NCBI GenBank assembly: GCA_053919585.1
Contig: CM132803.1
Reading direction: 5' to 3' (one strand)
Length of the DNA stretch: 64,000 nucleotides
Origin: Euprymna scolopes
Lineage: Eukaryota
In this document: positions 28,899 to 43,829 of the stretch, piece after piece
Position numbering within the stretch: the stretch's first letter is position 1
Layout of the letters: each line of letters opens with the position of its first letter
Position numbers and translations under genes: made by a program
The notes under the pieces: model-generated
Seen by the model: the letters and a program-made list of their open reading frames with translations, nothing else
Told to the model about the DNA's origin: nothing
The model's database searches: none

Positions 28899-29454
28899 TT
28901 AATACCTAAAGCAACTGTATTTCAATGTTAACCTGACTTCTATATATTGTTGTGTAGGTGACTTCTTAAATGAATAATAATAAAAATTATTTTATTTTAT
29001 CTTCATAATTTCATCACTGTCTTTTATTTTCTCAATAACTTGCTAAAATGATGTTAAAATTCATTTGTACAATTAGATATTTACCCAAGTTGTATAAAAA
29101 GTATCTCACTCACATGCACAATAGTAGGACATGCATTCCCTGGGAATATTGAAAAAATGAAGAAACTCTTATATCCGCTCTGAAGCTCATATAACTATTT
29201 TTATTTACATTCTATAAAGATCAATATGCAAGTGATAAATAAAAGAAAGTAAAACCTTTTCTTTGCTGACACATAACACCTTAATGAAAAGATCTTAAAA
29301 CCTTAATGGAAAAGACAAAATAAAAACGGTTACTTATTAATGTAACTGATATTTATTTTCTAATATTAAAGTTTCAAATCAAATATTAAAAGATAATTTG
29401 GGACACTGAAAACATATGAAGAAAAACCATTTTATCTATAGCTTGCTCCTTGCT

Positions 29455-29975
29455 TTGGCGTTTAAATCATCAATCCGCTTTGTGACTTCCGGTTTAAAAA
29501 TTTCGTCTGCTTACCTATTTCATGATCGCCCTGTCTTAAGTCTGATATTAAAAGCCACTGCTGCTATTAAAAGCATACACAAAGTGAACAATATTTTTTG
29601 TTTTAACTTATTTTAACATGTTTTTTTTACAAATAAATTTAATTTAACCCCGTTGAGTTAAAAAAAAAATGATTTAAATATAAGTATACAAATTATCTAA
29701 TCTATCATATACTTATAAAACTCAAATCATTTTGCTTGATTGGGCGTTTAAACCGTCCATCCAGTTTGTGACTTTCAGTGGCAAAAAATTTGTATACCTA
29801 TTTCGTGGCCGCCCTGTCTTAAGTCCAATATTAAAAGCCACTGCTACTACTCAACACATACACAGGGTCAACAATATTTTTTTGTTTTAACTTATTTTAA
29901 TATGTTTTCCTTACAAATAAATGTAATTTAATTCCATTTAGTTTTTTAAAAAATGGTTTAAATATAAATATACAA
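29455..29975 (+). repeat. ~235-bp tandem duplication of Helitron-related sequence
   Basis: 29455-29691 resembles 29741-29975 (GGCGTTTAAA...CGCCCTGTCTTAAGTC...AAAAGCCACTGCT...). Between them, TCTATCATATACTTATAAAACTCAAAT (~29701) matches the 5' end of the 27865-28898 element. Confidence 0.7.
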
Positions 29976-32900
29976 TGTATAACTATAATCATATTTATAA
30001 CCATATTTACTGCTTTTAGTAGCGCTTCTGTGGATTCTGATGACTTGTTTTTTTTTCAGGCCTTACTTAAAAAATATTTTCTCTTCAAGGAAGTAGAAAC
30101 TTGATTTTAGTAGTGCTTGTATATTACCTTCTTTATTTTAATTAGTGCTTGCAATATTGCTCTGGGGGCTTCCTGAGTTTTATTTTTTTTTTTTCATGCA
30201 TCACTTAAAAAAAGTTTCCTCAAGACAATAAAAGAATATAATCTCAAAATCATGTTTTATTTTTAACATTTTTTATCTGACCCTTTATTGGCTAACGGGT
30301 AAACTAAATAAAAAATAATGACAGAGGGGTTGGGAGCAGATTAAACTTTTCTCAAAGTGAAAAGTCTTAAAAAAAATAATAATAATGGAGTGGGGCTGAA
30401 GGAGCCAACGTAAAATCGGGGTTGTGAATCATTTCTGTAAATAGGGGATCGATTTACTAGAAGATTGTATGTGAAATTCTTCTGAATCTTTAAATATTGG
30501 TGTTTTTCATTTTTTTTTATATATATATAATCTTGTAGCTTAGTGTCCAATAATTCAAAGAAATAGTTGAAAAAAGCTGAAAAGAAAAAAAAATTGTAAG
30601 GGGGTGCCGATTGTTCAGGTGCATCTACATATTTTTTTAAAATATTTTCTTTACCCAAGTTTTGCGTGATTAAAACTAGAACTTGATTAAAAAAAAAACT
30701 ATGTTTTTTGTGTCCAAAATTATTTATTTACGATTATTTTATTTATTTTTTTATCATTGCGAGTTGCAATTGTTTTCAAACAAAAAACAAAGCAAAAATA
30801 TTTTTCTAATATAAAAAAACTACTTGCTTAATTTACATATTTAAAAAACTATTTGTTTTTTTATAATCCAACCCACCATAGTTTACCTTCTGAACAGAAA
30901 TCAAAATCTACTTTTTTTTGGGCTAATATGTTTCAACAGCCTTTAAAGATAATATAAAAGAAGTAATCTTTTTAAATAATTAAAATTTAACATTTTAGCG
31001 TAGGGGATCACTTTCCTATATAAATTTAATATAAAATGAGGCACCACTTCTTGGTGATGTAGCAAGACATGTAATCATTAATATTTTTTTTCAAGTTTGG
31101 TGGCGGGGTGGGGACAGAAAGGGGAAATGAGATGGGGGTTAGGTCATAAGTTCCAAATATTTTAAAAATACGTAGAAACACTTCAAAATATGGGGGAGGG
31201 GCTTTCATTTTATTTAAGATTTGCTTTGAAAAGGTCTCACCATTAAATATTACTTAATCAGTTAATTATTATTTCCCAATATTTTTAAGGCTCTTAACAC
31301 GCAAAAAAAATAAATAAATAAAAACTAGGGTTGACCTGTACAATGCACACTCTCTCGTATTTTTTTCTTTTAATTTTTTTTTCAATTTTTTCGACAGATT
31401 ACACCCCTCTTATATAATAGATTTTTAATTTAGTCTGAGAGCAATGATGTTAAGACCTTTATTATCCAATGTCCATATTGTTTTTGTGCACACATGCATT
31501 CAACTTTTGCGTGTGTATGCAAAATTGCATATTGTTTTCACTGGTCGCCATGTTCGTTTTTGCGCATGTGTGCATTCAATTTTTGCACGTTTATGCATTA
31601 ATCTTGTATAATCACTTGCACTTTTATACATTAATTCTGTATACTCACTATTCCATAGCTAGCTATAACATATACTGACCTAACAGGTTATGGGTAGTCT
31701 ATTATTATTCTAAGTATTTCCAGTGTGTAAAAATGTAATCCCACTGTAAAAATGAGTGTAATTTGAAATCATATAAAAATTATAATCTGTATTCTGTCGA
31801 AATCTTTGTTAATGTGTTGTTGTTTTTTTAATGTAGGACCTTTTTTGTTTAGTTTTGTTGTGACATTTATAAAACTTTGTTGTTGATTAAAAAAATTTCC
31901 TTCCCCCTTATCCATCATATTTCTCTCCATGAGAAACATTTGTGTGTGTGCATGCATAAATAAATTTGTAAAGTAATTAGCGTTTACTCACAAAAGAGTC
32001 TATACTTTAACATTAATGATAATTTGCCTTATAAAATTAAATAAACTGGAAAGATTAAAATAATATAATGCTGGCTAATAGTCATAATAGTTGCCCAGTA
32101 TAAAAAAAAATTATTTATAAATAAAATTACTTTTTGAATAGACATTCAGAAACTTCCCAACAAGTAGAATAGGTATGGTAATCTTCAGAAATATTAAAAA
32201 TAGTAGCAGAAGAATGTATTTTTTAATACTATTTTTCTTATTTATAATCAGTGTTATCATGTTTGTTTAAAAATACAATTTAAGTAGTGTTTATTGAAAG
32301 TATAGTATTAATAATGTCTAAAATGCCGAAGATTAGCAAAGAAATTACATTTATTTCATCTTCAAAAGATACTTTGACTGAGGCAATTTTCTTTTAGTGG
32401 ATAAATGTTTCGTTATGTGATTGAAAGCATAAGTTTAATGATGAAAATAATTTTAATAAGTTTCCCAGATGATATAAGCCTGATTTTAAAATGAACTTTT
32501 AGAAAGTGACAAAAGTAAGTGACAATGACTTAGAAAGTACATGCAAAATAGTTTATCTCAGAATTTTGTTGTTAGTAATGAAAGGGAAGTATAAGTTTAT
32601 TGATGAAAATAATTTTAATGTTTTTTGTTGTTGTTGAACATGAGGTTGAGTTTCATACTTGATTTCATTATTGTTTGACACGTTTTTCTCAGACGATTTG
32701 CTTTGTTGTTTCTTTACAAATCAGGAGTCACAATTTTATCTGTTTGCTTGACAGCATATCAACCTGTTTCTAGTCATTTAATGCTGAATCAAGTTGAATT
32801 TACATATCTTTAGATCTTTATAGATAGACCAACTGCTTTTAAAAAATACATTATAATCTCTATATATTTTTAACAGATATTCATTGTACCTTCTCAGTAA

Positions 32901-33689
32901 AATATTTATTTTATAGGGGCCAGATCAATGCATTCAGTAATAATGCGTTTGATTGTGTATGTAGTCTGGCATGCATAACACATTAGTTGTTGTTTACCTT
33001 CAAGCAAATAGAATGTTTAATACTTGTGCAACTTATGCAAAATCTGGATAACACTACTTTCTCCTTTGAACCTTTTCATGAGCTTTCTTTCAATTCTCCT
33101 ACTGTAGTTTTTATTGCTAGGAGTTTGTTATGTGTATTGTTACTTCAATGTTATTGTCTTTGTTGTTGGATATATTTATCTTCATTTATAAGTCTTATTT
33201 AATATATATTTATTATAAGGGTTATTTAATGCTGAATAAAGTTGTCAAATATAATTCTAAAAGTAGGATAATTATGTATATTCCTAGAATACATTGCTCT
33301 TAGAAAACATCATTCTTTTATAATGCTCACACCCAAACTGGGAAAAGACCTTGATACTCCCCCTCCCAAACCATAGATCTATCGTATTAGTTTTGTGTTG
33401 TTTAGAATAAAGTTATCAAATATAATTCCATAGTCAAGGTAATTATTTATATCCATAGAAAACAAGAAGACATTGCTCTTAGAGAAAATTTTACAGTGAA
33501 AATGGGAATATTACTCTTAGAAGGGAATTCTGAGAGAGAGAAGCATATATTCTTAAAAAAAACACCATTTCCAGAAAAACATTACTTCTTTGAAAACATT
33601 ACTCTTTGGCATTGGTAATCTTTGTTCTTAATATGATTGACCCTCAACCACTGTCTTCTAGTATCTATTTGGGGAGAAAAATAAAAATA

Positions 33690-34274
33690 TTAGTGAATCT
33701 CTTGACAAAGGCTTCCTTTCTAGGGCAATTGCTCTTGGCATATCAAAGGCCTTCGACAAGGTATGGCATAAGGGTCTACTTCACAAGATTTCCAACTACG
33801 GTATAACTGGAAATGTTTTCTCAATCATTAAATCATTTCTCTCCGATAGGCTCATAAGAGTAGTGGTAGATGGACAAAAATCGGAGGCCTGCAATATAAA
33901 TGCTGGAGTCCCTCAGGGGTCAATCCTGGGCCCAACTCTCTTCCTGATCTACATCAATGACCTCCCTAAACACATACTTAAATCATTCGTTGACATCTAT
34001 GCTGATGACACGACCATCTACGGCAACACATCAAAGGCTGTAAATGACAAAGTTCTCTCTGATTCTCTCTCCTCTGATCTCGAGCGCGTGGTTCAGTGGG
34101 GGAAGATGTGGCTGGTTTCCTTTAATGCATCCAAAACCAAACTCCTATCCTTGCATCATCAACGCTCTGATCCCCAGCTGGCATCAATTGTGATGGATGG
34201 CTCTCGTCTGGGTGAGGCTCAGTGTTTTGACAAGCTTCTGGGTTTGACCTTTACTCCTGATCTGAAATGGAACA
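33690..34274 (+). mobile_element. CR1/L2-clade LINE reverse transcriptase fragment
   Basis: Open frame ESLDKGFLSRAIALGISKAFDKVWHKGLL...GVPQGSILGPTLFLIYINDL...YADD...WLVSFNASKTK...LGLTFTPDLKWN; truncated at both ends. Confidence 0.9.
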
Positions 34275-34804
34275 TAAATAACTACAATTTGTTTCAGTGA
34301 TCCACAACATTTGGTGCAGATAACTGAAAGTTAAGACAGTGTAGAAAAAGAATTAAACTAAGAAAATAAGAAAAGGGTTGGCTGGCTGCTGAAAGTCTTG
34401 TGGAACAATATATCTTCAGTGAAGATAGCTTTGCCTAGCTGTTTAGTTTACAGAGGCAGGAGAGAGGACGTCTTTCTTTATAGATACCAGGAACTTCTCC
34501 GGGACTGCTTCCTAAATCTTTAGGGGTCTAGAAACAATCCTTCAAAGTTCCAGTTGAAATTAATATGCACCGGGTGTAATTAGTTCTTGTGTGACTAAAT
34601 CATCTCATAGGATCTGCTCTCACAGAAGAAAGAAATGTTAATGTTAGTGACTGCTATAAATGTTCAGAATTTCTTCTACAATATTTTCGATTGAAATAAG
34701 TCTCATGCAAAATACAGCTATTGGCTTATTTTAGTAGTACTAATTAATCTAAAGTGATACAATATGACACTAATGACCTTTTCTTTTTAATTTTTTTTCT
34801 TCAG

Positions 34805-35094
34805 ATATATACCCTTCTCAATATTGTAATCCTCCTCCTTCACAAATTGATCAACGTCGTATAACAGAGACAAGACCCTTAGGACAGACTGTCAGCTACC
34901 CCAGTGATACAACAATAGTAGCAAGAGGTTTCTACACACCCTACATGAATGAAAACAGTCCTCATGCAGATGCAAAGTCTGACTCTGGTGGTGAAAACAA
35001 TAGTCTATCTAGTAGACAGTTACAATCAAGAAATATATCTGCGAGCGGTAGCCAGTCTTCAATCAACAGACCATTACCACCTGTACCATCCTAA
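34805..35094 (+). CDS. Protocadherin g3 terminal coding exon
   Basis: ttcag|AT ATA TAC CCT; DIYPSQYCNPPP...YPSDTTIVARGFYTPYMNE...NRPLPPVPS-TAA; spliced product 948 aa. Confidence 0.9.
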
Positions 35095-35957
35095 AAATAA
35101 TATGACATTATTTTAATCCCTAACATACATGCATATTTACACAAAATACTTCTAAGGTTTTTAAAATGAATTCATTAATTAGTTAGATTTCTTCTAACTT
35201 AAAACTAGTGAATTATTTTTTTTAGCTTTTAGTCAAATCTTTGTCTACAATTCTTGCTTATAAAAATAATAAATCTTAATTGATTTAAAAAAAGTTTTTT
35301 GCTACTTTTATTCATGACCAAGTATTATACTTTTTTTTTATTGCAAATAACTTATCTTTGTTTTTAAATCCGTGTTTATTTAATAAATACAGAAAATAAA
35401 TGTACAAACATGTCCAGTCTTTTACTTATAGAATTTATAAAAACTTCGATTAAATCATTGTTTTTTATTTGTTTTTGGAGCTATGTTTCTTTTATAATAA
35501 ATGAATGGTGATGATGACAGACTGACAGCTTATTAAATAGTTTTAAAAATTGCTCTTATAATAATTTTATTTTGGTATCACTTATTTTCAAAATAGAATT
35601 TAAAGATGTACAACAATTATATTTGAAATTTAAATTAGTAACAGAACACAAGAACTAAGCATTTTAGGTTGTATTGTTTTATAGAATTTGTTACAAAGAT
35701 GGGGCATTAACAATGACAGAAAGAGAAAAGTAAATTATGACGGAAGAATAGCATTATTTCCTATGTATTTGTAGATATCTTTTTCTTTAATTAATTTATA
35801 TTTAATTCAATATTTGCACCTATTTCTATTTTAATTTATTAAAATAATGATGATAAGTATATTTACAAAAATATAATTTCTATGGATAAAATTAAAATTT
35901 GTTTACTCAGTTTCGTAGCTCATGATGTTTTTCATTACTCTCTAAAGAGTGTCTGTA

Positions 35958-36104
35958 GTAGCCATTTTACAGACTGCATATAACATAGGACTGCTGGATA
36001 ACATCTAGAGTGAAACAAAGAAAAACATGTCACCGTGATGGAATAAAGCAGTATTATATGAAGCATTCTCAATGTTGCTGTCATAAACAACTTTCAAAAG
36101 AAAG
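35958..36104 (+). promoter_or_regulatory. g4 conserved promoter/5' element and putative non-coding exon 1
   Basis: GTAGCCATT(35958)-N19-TAGGAC(35986); donor AAAG|GTAAGT after 36104. Confidence 0.7.
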
Positions 36105-37815
36105 GTAAGTTGTTTTTATTTAATTTTATGATATTTATATATTCTAGTATAAGAAAAACTAGAAAGAAAATTGCAAAAATGAACTGTGAAATAATTATTA
36201 TCAGTCATCACGTACACACAGTGTATACTCCATATGAATTTAATCAAAATAACACACTATTCAGTATTTCTACATGATTCATAGGAAATTCTTTCAAGTA
36301 AAAATTCTATTAACATTGGTTTCAATGAGGAATATTTTACAGGCATTTTACCGAAAAAACATAATACATTGTAAAATTTTAGCATCTTTATAAATTTATT
36401 TCATTTCATACATAATGTTTATATCTATAAACTTCTACCAAATATGTCATTTTTGTCTTCATTTCAAATATGTTTATATGCTTTACAACTTAGACAAATT
36501 TTATAATTATAGATTTTATTCAATTACACATTTAAAATTTTTTTCAGAAATCTTTATTCAGATTAGTAAAAATATTTGTTGCAAAATAATGATGTTTATT
36601 CTTCTTTCATGTAATATTTATTTTTTGTGATAACGATTGTAATAATAATTTTTCTCCTAGTGAATGTGCTTATTTATTTTGCCAACTAAATAGAATTGTT
36701 CTTTTTTAAGTTAAATTTAATTATTGTGGTATTGTTTAACCATTAAATTATTAATTAGACCAAATCGTTATAAAATGATAACTAATTTTTTTTGTGGCAA
36801 TGTTGTTATCTCTTTTGGATGAAAATAACTTCCGATACTTTTGATGTTTTAAGACATGATGATTTGCTAAAAAAATTTACAAGCAGAAATTACTTTCTAT
36901 TTCACAGTTTAAATGTAACCAAAATAATTTCAAAATTTGAAGTGTCACAAACTAATTCATTCGTTCAAATGGATGACATAAAATGCATTCTGGTCGATTT
37001 AATTTCATAATTAAATTATTTTTCTAAATAAGATTTTTAGAAAGTTTACAATATTACATTTTTGATTTCAATAAATAATCAATTAGTCTAAATGAATAAA
37101 TTGTGAAAGTATGTTTCATTCATCAATCCTATATCACCATCAAAACGGGTTAGTGTTATTTAAATCAATAATATTATTTTGAAATATTCCATATATGGTA
37201 CAGATAAAATATGCCTAATATGTATAACTATTTTTTAAACAATTCATAATTAATTAATGTTTGATTTCATTCATTTGTAATTTTATTCTATCATTGTGTT
37301 TAGATATATGCAATAGTTTCCTCAATATTACCAATAATTAATTAAATTTACTTCATAAGAAAAATAAATATCTTATGAAAAAACATTTTGTATATAAAAC
37401 TAACACCAGTCACTAGAATTCTTACCAACAGTGAAAGGCTGTCTTGCTCTCTTCCTCTCCCTTTCTCTCTCTCCTATTAATGATACCTGTTCCATAGGCA
37501 AAACGTTTTGCAATCCTGTTTAAAAGTTTGTTTCTAAACATTTATTTTCATATAGGAAATTTTTCATATTCGATCTTATCTTTAAACACACAAAACACCT
37601 GCTTGGGCATTCATTTATTTTCTTAAATATATCAGGATTTCTTATGATAAATCATTAAATATGTTATTATATGACAAAAGTTAATATCCTCTGCATTGTT
37701 TATACACTTGAATGTGTACTTTTAAACTAAAACAGTCGTTTTATTTTATTTTATTTCAGAGTAATAACAGAAACCTCATAGAAAATAATTATTCATATTT
37801 TCATCGGGAATAAAA

Positions 37816-40212
37816 ATGATAGTGAAAATATATATTTTTATGATTATTTTCTCTTTATCTGAGTGTACAGACCTCACATATTATGTTGAGGAAGGCATAA
37901 GTCCTGGTACCTATTTGGGAGATATAGGTCTTGATTCGGAAGTGATGAAAGACACAACCCCAGAAGAAAAGAACAAAATTACTTTTAGTCTACTGCAACA
38001 AGGTCTCATTGGTACTTCTCCAATGTTTAGAATTTCAGAAAAATCAGGAAAACTCTACACAGCTCAAACTCTAGATGCTGAGGCTATTTGTACTTTTAAA
38101 AAAGAATGTTTTAAAATGGTTGATATTGCTGTTCAAAAAGCAACAACTGTTTTTAAATTGTTAGAAGTGAAAGTGATTATACAAGACATCAATGATCATC
38201 AACCTGAATTTCCAGATAAACAAGTTAATATTGAGTTTGAAGAAAGCATTGTTCCTGGAACAAAGATATTAATTCCAAATGCAATAGATAGAGATGTTGG
38301 TATTCTCAATTCTCAAATAACATATCATTTAAAAAGAAACAAAGATGAACCTTTTTCGTTATCAGTTGCAAAAAACGTAGATGGTACATCAAGATTGGAT
38401 ATAAATTTAGAAAGTCAACTTGACAGAGAAGTAAAGGACTCCTACAAGATTCAAGTGATTGCAAAAGATGGTGGATCTCCCCCAAAACAAAGTACATTAG
38501 ATGTTCTTATTACAGTGACAGATGTCAATGATAATGCTCCAATCTTTACTCAAAATGTTTATAATGTTACTGTTAACAACATGGTTGATACTAATAAAGC
38601 TGTGGCAACATTATCGGCAAAAGATTTGGATTCAGGTAAAAATGGAATGATTTCATATTATTTTAGTAGTAAAACTTCAGATATTGGCAAAAACATTTTT
38701 TCAATTAATGAAGATTCTGGAGAAATATTTTTCAATAAAAAGATAGAATTCATGCAGCAATCAACATATGAACTATATGTTAAAGCCGAAGATAAAGGTG
38801 ACCCTCCACTCAGTTCTATTGTAATGGTTGTAGTAAATTTAATTAATCAGCAGAATAATCCTCCAAGTATTAAAGTAAATTTTGTTTCAACATCAAAGGA
38901 CAACACAGTTGATATTTCTGAAGACATAAAAGTTGGTAGTTTCATTGCATACGTGAAAGTAATTGATACGGATATTGGCAATGATGGAGAGGTTAGTTGT
39001 TATCTTTCACATAAAAAATTTCAGCTTCGCAATATGGGCACACAGAAATATCAAGTTATAGTAAAAGATTATTTAGACAGAGAGAGGAATGACCATCATG
39101 ATATTATCATCGATTGTAAAGATAAAGGAAATCCTCCATTGAAAAGTAGAAGTAAATTTTCAGTCCATGTGATGGATGTGAATGATGAACAGCCACAATT
39201 TTCTAAACAATTATTTAAATTCTTCATTGATGAAAACCAGAGATCGAAAATTCCTATTGGCACAATCAATGCCACAGATCCAGACTTGGGACTTGGAGGT
39301 AAACTGTCTTTTTCTTTAGTGAGCACCAATAAACAATTTGTACCATTTCGAATCACTGAAAATGGATTAATCTCTTCAATTATGTCTTTAGACCATGAGT
39401 TTCAAGATACTTATAATTTTGAAGTGTTTGTAAAAGACAAAGGAAGTCCATCATTGAATAACACAGTGAATGTGATTGTTAAGGTGAGAGATGAAAATGA
39501 TAATGCTCCATATTTCACATTTCCCAGTGTTAATCCTTATAATATGGATGTAACATATTACCCGCATCATACAAAGAACATCAGCCAGATAAAGGCATCA
39601 GACAGTGACAGTCAAGAGAATGCATTTCTAAAATATGAAATAATCAGAGGCAATAGCAAACAGATATTCAGCATCAACCAGTACACTGGTTTGTTATGTT
39701 CAACTCATGTCCTAAGCCAACAAGATGCTGGCTCATATGAGCTGGAGTTTCTAGTGAAGGACAGTGGTAGCCCAGTTCTATCAGCCAGAACTACTGTATA
39801 TTTGACACTGACCGTAAGCAACAAGACATCAGAAATGTTAAATGCTGTTAACATCAAAAAAGATAACAAGATCCACCTGACTTCAGCAATTATCATTGTG
39901 TCTGTAGCAGTGACAATAGCTGTGATCATTACAGCTTCAATCTCAGTGTGTATCCTTCGCTGTTGCAATCCTCGAAGTGTTCCAGTAGCAGAAGGCGGAT
40001 ATGTGAGTAGTGGTCAGAGACATTTGATAAGTCCTCCTTATCCAGCAAATCCTTGGTCTAATGTTGCTCTTCCTACAAGTGATGCAGTTGATATGAGAAG
40101 AAGCAGTCAACCACCAACACCCAGAATGCAAACCCATCCTTACTCAAGTGCTCAACATATGTTACCATCTCAAGCACCAAAACCACAACCAGCACCAGAT
40201 TCTGTTTCACAG
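37816..40212 (+). CDS. Protocadherin g4 exon 2
   Basis: Acceptor ends 37759; ATG 37816; six cadherin repeats and TM; donor CAG|GTAAAT after 40212. Confidence 0.93.
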
Positions 40213-41162
40213 GTAAATTTATTGTTTTACTGTATAACTGTATTACATTTATTTCTGTACATTGTTTTCCTTATGTTTCTTTTTAATTTAAAAACTGCAA
40301 ATTACATTACAAATTAAATATCTGTAAAACATATTTGTTTGATATCAACATAAAATAAACTTATTGAAATTCACATGTATTGTTATAAATTTTCATTGTG
40401 GTAATAACAAAATGCTTTAATTTTCTATATTGACATAATTTAAAATATCTTGAATATCAAAAAGATACTTTTGTTTTATTTTATAAAATTATGCTGATAC
40501 TAATAAACTAAACAAGGGCATGATTAGTTTAATCTAAAACCGGGTACTAAAAAAAATTTTTAGATTTCATGGAATCATTGAAGATTTTATTAAAACATAC
40601 AAAAGAAAACTATCTTAAAAGTACCCGCACTTGCCTTTATTAAATTTTTCTTTCTTTTATTCTTTTAAATTACCATATGATTTTTTAAATAAATGTAATT
40701 TAAAGAAACAGATAAAAAATTGAAAGATTTTTAATGTTTTACTAATTATTCGTAAGTTTGTTTTGTTAAAGAATGAAAACAATGAATCTTTTTTGAAAAT
40801 TGCACTTTAAAACATTAATGAAAGGGAGAAAACTCATAATACTTACTTGGCTTAAATTTATGAATACTAATTTAACCATATTTACATTTATGAAAGCAAT
40901 AGTGGATGACTATGCAGTAAAACTCTCTATTGTCTCTATTCTACAAGCTAGAAAAATCAGTTTTAAAAAGCTTTATTAAATTAATAGCAGGACCTGTGTC
41001 CCAGCATTGGCCTAGTAAAATATAAAATACTTTCATTTGTTTCACTCTTCCATCCAGCATACTTCGAAGAGATCTGTTACATACACCATTTGAAAAAGGT
41101 GATCCCCCGAAATATGTTATGGAAAATTGTCAGACACAGTAGACCTCTTTAAGTAAGAATGA

Positions 41163-41198
41163 ATATATATATATATATATATATATGCAAATCAATAA

Positions 41199-41236
<38 letters not shown>

Positions 41237-41249
41237 TTATTGATTTGCA
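41163..41249. repeat. (TA)n runs with a perfect 64-bp palindrome (41186-41249)
   Basis: TGCAAATCAATAAG-(TA)18-CTTATTGATTTGCA. Confidence 0.85.
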
Positions 41250-41559
41250 AATTGTCACTTGTTTTCATCTTTCTTCCTCAACATCAACTACATTCCATTC
41301 CTCGCATTCTAATAGCCTTCTAAATCTCTTCTACATACCTATCTCACACAATGCGTCAAGCAAACTACCTCTCATTTTTATGAAATTAGATTGAAGCTTA
41401 CCAATGCGTACAGAAAGACAAGAGTAGAGTATTAAAAAAAAAAAAAAAAACAGAAAAAAGATTTTAAAATGTAACTTTTTTCATCGCTTAAGAAAAAGAA
41501 ACTAATTGGAAAAGCAGTCGGCCTGTATGTTCAGAAAAAAAAAAGAATTTGGGGACAAA

Positions 41560-42200
41560 AATTTAAATTGTCATAATGTGGAAGGGTTTTGCCTTAACTG
41601 GCCAATAAACCAAAAGATTAAGTGTAGAAGCAGAACAGATACAACATTTTAATTTTAATTCTATTTAGAAAATTAATTACAAAACTCCAAAAGCAGAAGT
41701 TTGTGGATGAAAACAAAAATTGCCACAGTTTAGAAGGATTTGTCAATGTGACTAATGATAGAAAAGATTAAGTATAGTATCATAACTATAACACTTCAAG
41801 AATTCTTTGTTTTTTTTAATTAAAAAAAATAACAATTTTAGTTACGAAAATAAAGATTGCCATAGTCTAGAATGAGTTTTCCTTAATTGACTGTAGGGAT
41901 AAAAGAGGTAGTAAGTATAGTGTCAGAACCTATACAACACTTTAATGTTAATTTGTTTTGAAAATTTAAAAAAAAAAAACAATTATTGGAATAAAAATTA
42001 AAATTTCCACAGTCTAGAATGATATCTCCTTAATTGACCAATGAAATAAAAGTTTAGTGGCAGAACTGGCAATACATTTTAATGTTAATTGGTTTTAAAA
42101 AATGAAAATAAATAGGAAAATCAAACAGAATATTTGCGATGAAAATAAAAATTGCTGCAATGTAGAAGGATTACTCCTTAACTGCTCGATGAGCATATAA
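41560..42200. repeat. Degenerate ~140-150 bp tandem repeat, about 5 copies
   Basis: Recurrent core AAAATTGCCACAGTCTAGAA(G/T)GA...CCTTAA(C/T)TG at ~41565, 41717, 41853, 42001, 42149. Confidence 0.7.
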
Positions 42201-43829
42201 TTAGAATAGATGCTATAGTTGATTGTATTTTAAAAGAAAAACCGGACATAAATTTGAATTATGATGAAGATTGAATATATCTCCAAAAGTAAGAAAAAAG
42301 AAAAAAAACACTGAAGTTTAAACGGCTGTGAATTGGGTCAGTTTTCTTTCTCTTACATTTGATGTCTTCCTCAGAACTGCATGTTTGAATGGAGAAATCT
42401 GCTTAGAGTAGGAAATGGTTTCTCAGCATACAGTCAAGTTAAGTTAAAGAATTGTTATGTTTTTTATATTAGTAAAATGTACCAATTTTTTTATAGGGCT
42501 TTCCATAATGATAGTTTTAAAATCGCTATATTGTAACAAAGAAGTTGAATGATTTCTTTTTTTTGGATTAGTTTTGAATAGAATTCACTCGAATTATGAA
42601 TATTTGGAAACATGGAGTTTCAATGAAGATTACATTAAAAAAAACAAAAAAAACAGCTATTCGTGTAGTAAATTCTAAAAAAAATTTTTATTTATTTATT
42701 TACTAAAATAAACATGAAAATCATATATGCAGTTTTAACAAATGTTTTTTTTTTATGTGCTACAGAACCGTCTTCAAAATTTAGTGGGTGATGACTTTTT
42801 TGCCTCCCTACTTTTTCTTTTTCTCACAGCAGAGATGTTGTGAGTCTATCTCTGCTCTATAGGTACTTTTATGATAGGTGTTTGAAGTTCGTAACCCATT
42901 TCACCTTGGTGGTTCATCTCACTCTGGGGTACTGTATTCTAATTCATTATCATTACATTCGCTGCGTTTAATGTGCGTCTTGTAAAATAATGTAACAATG
43001 AAGTTGAACAAATGTTTTCTAATTGAAGTAATTATTAATAGAATTAACTAGAGTTTTGATGAACATAATGGTTATGTGTGTATTTATATGTTGAAACAAT
43101 GCTGCTTGATTGCCATTAAAGATTATATAGAAGAAAAGAAGTTAATCTTATAGGGAATTTGAAGGAATTTAGTGTTTTTACTGAAAAGAACCAAAAAAGA
43201 GTTTTCTTAGTTTTAATGAATGCATTTTTTGTTGGTGGTTTGTTTCTAAAACCGGAAATGTATGAATTTTTTAGAAATTAGTTAATAATGAATAGCCAAA
43301 GAGTCATGTTAACATGTCATCTTGAATTTGTTGTGAGGTGTTCGTTTTTTTAATTACTTTGTGAATATAATCAGGACACTAGCTAGAAGTTAAGCAAAAT
43401 AGAAGGAGAAATTGTTATTTATAAAAAGTATCTAGTGTACTATGTAATAAATTGTATAAATAAGAAAGGAAATAATGAATGGTGACTTATAAATAATTAT
43501 ATTTATTAATAAATAAATACAGTGTTAAGGAGTTGCATCTGAGTAGTAAATAGAAAAACTCTTTGTTACGTTCTTTGTGAAACTATGTAATTGAAAGAAG
43601 CATTTTATTCAGAAGAAATGTAATAAATAGTTTCATGAAACATGCTTTAGGAAATGCCATATATCTGCTAATTGTGAAAGATTAGTTTAGAAAGAATTTG
43701 ATTATTTTCCTATTGAAATGATAGATGCAGAGGCAAATCAACTTCATTTATGATATAGATTATATTATTGAAAGTATTGCTCCTTTTGTTATTTTAAATC
43801 ATTTTTCTGTTTCTGAATTTTTTAGATGA

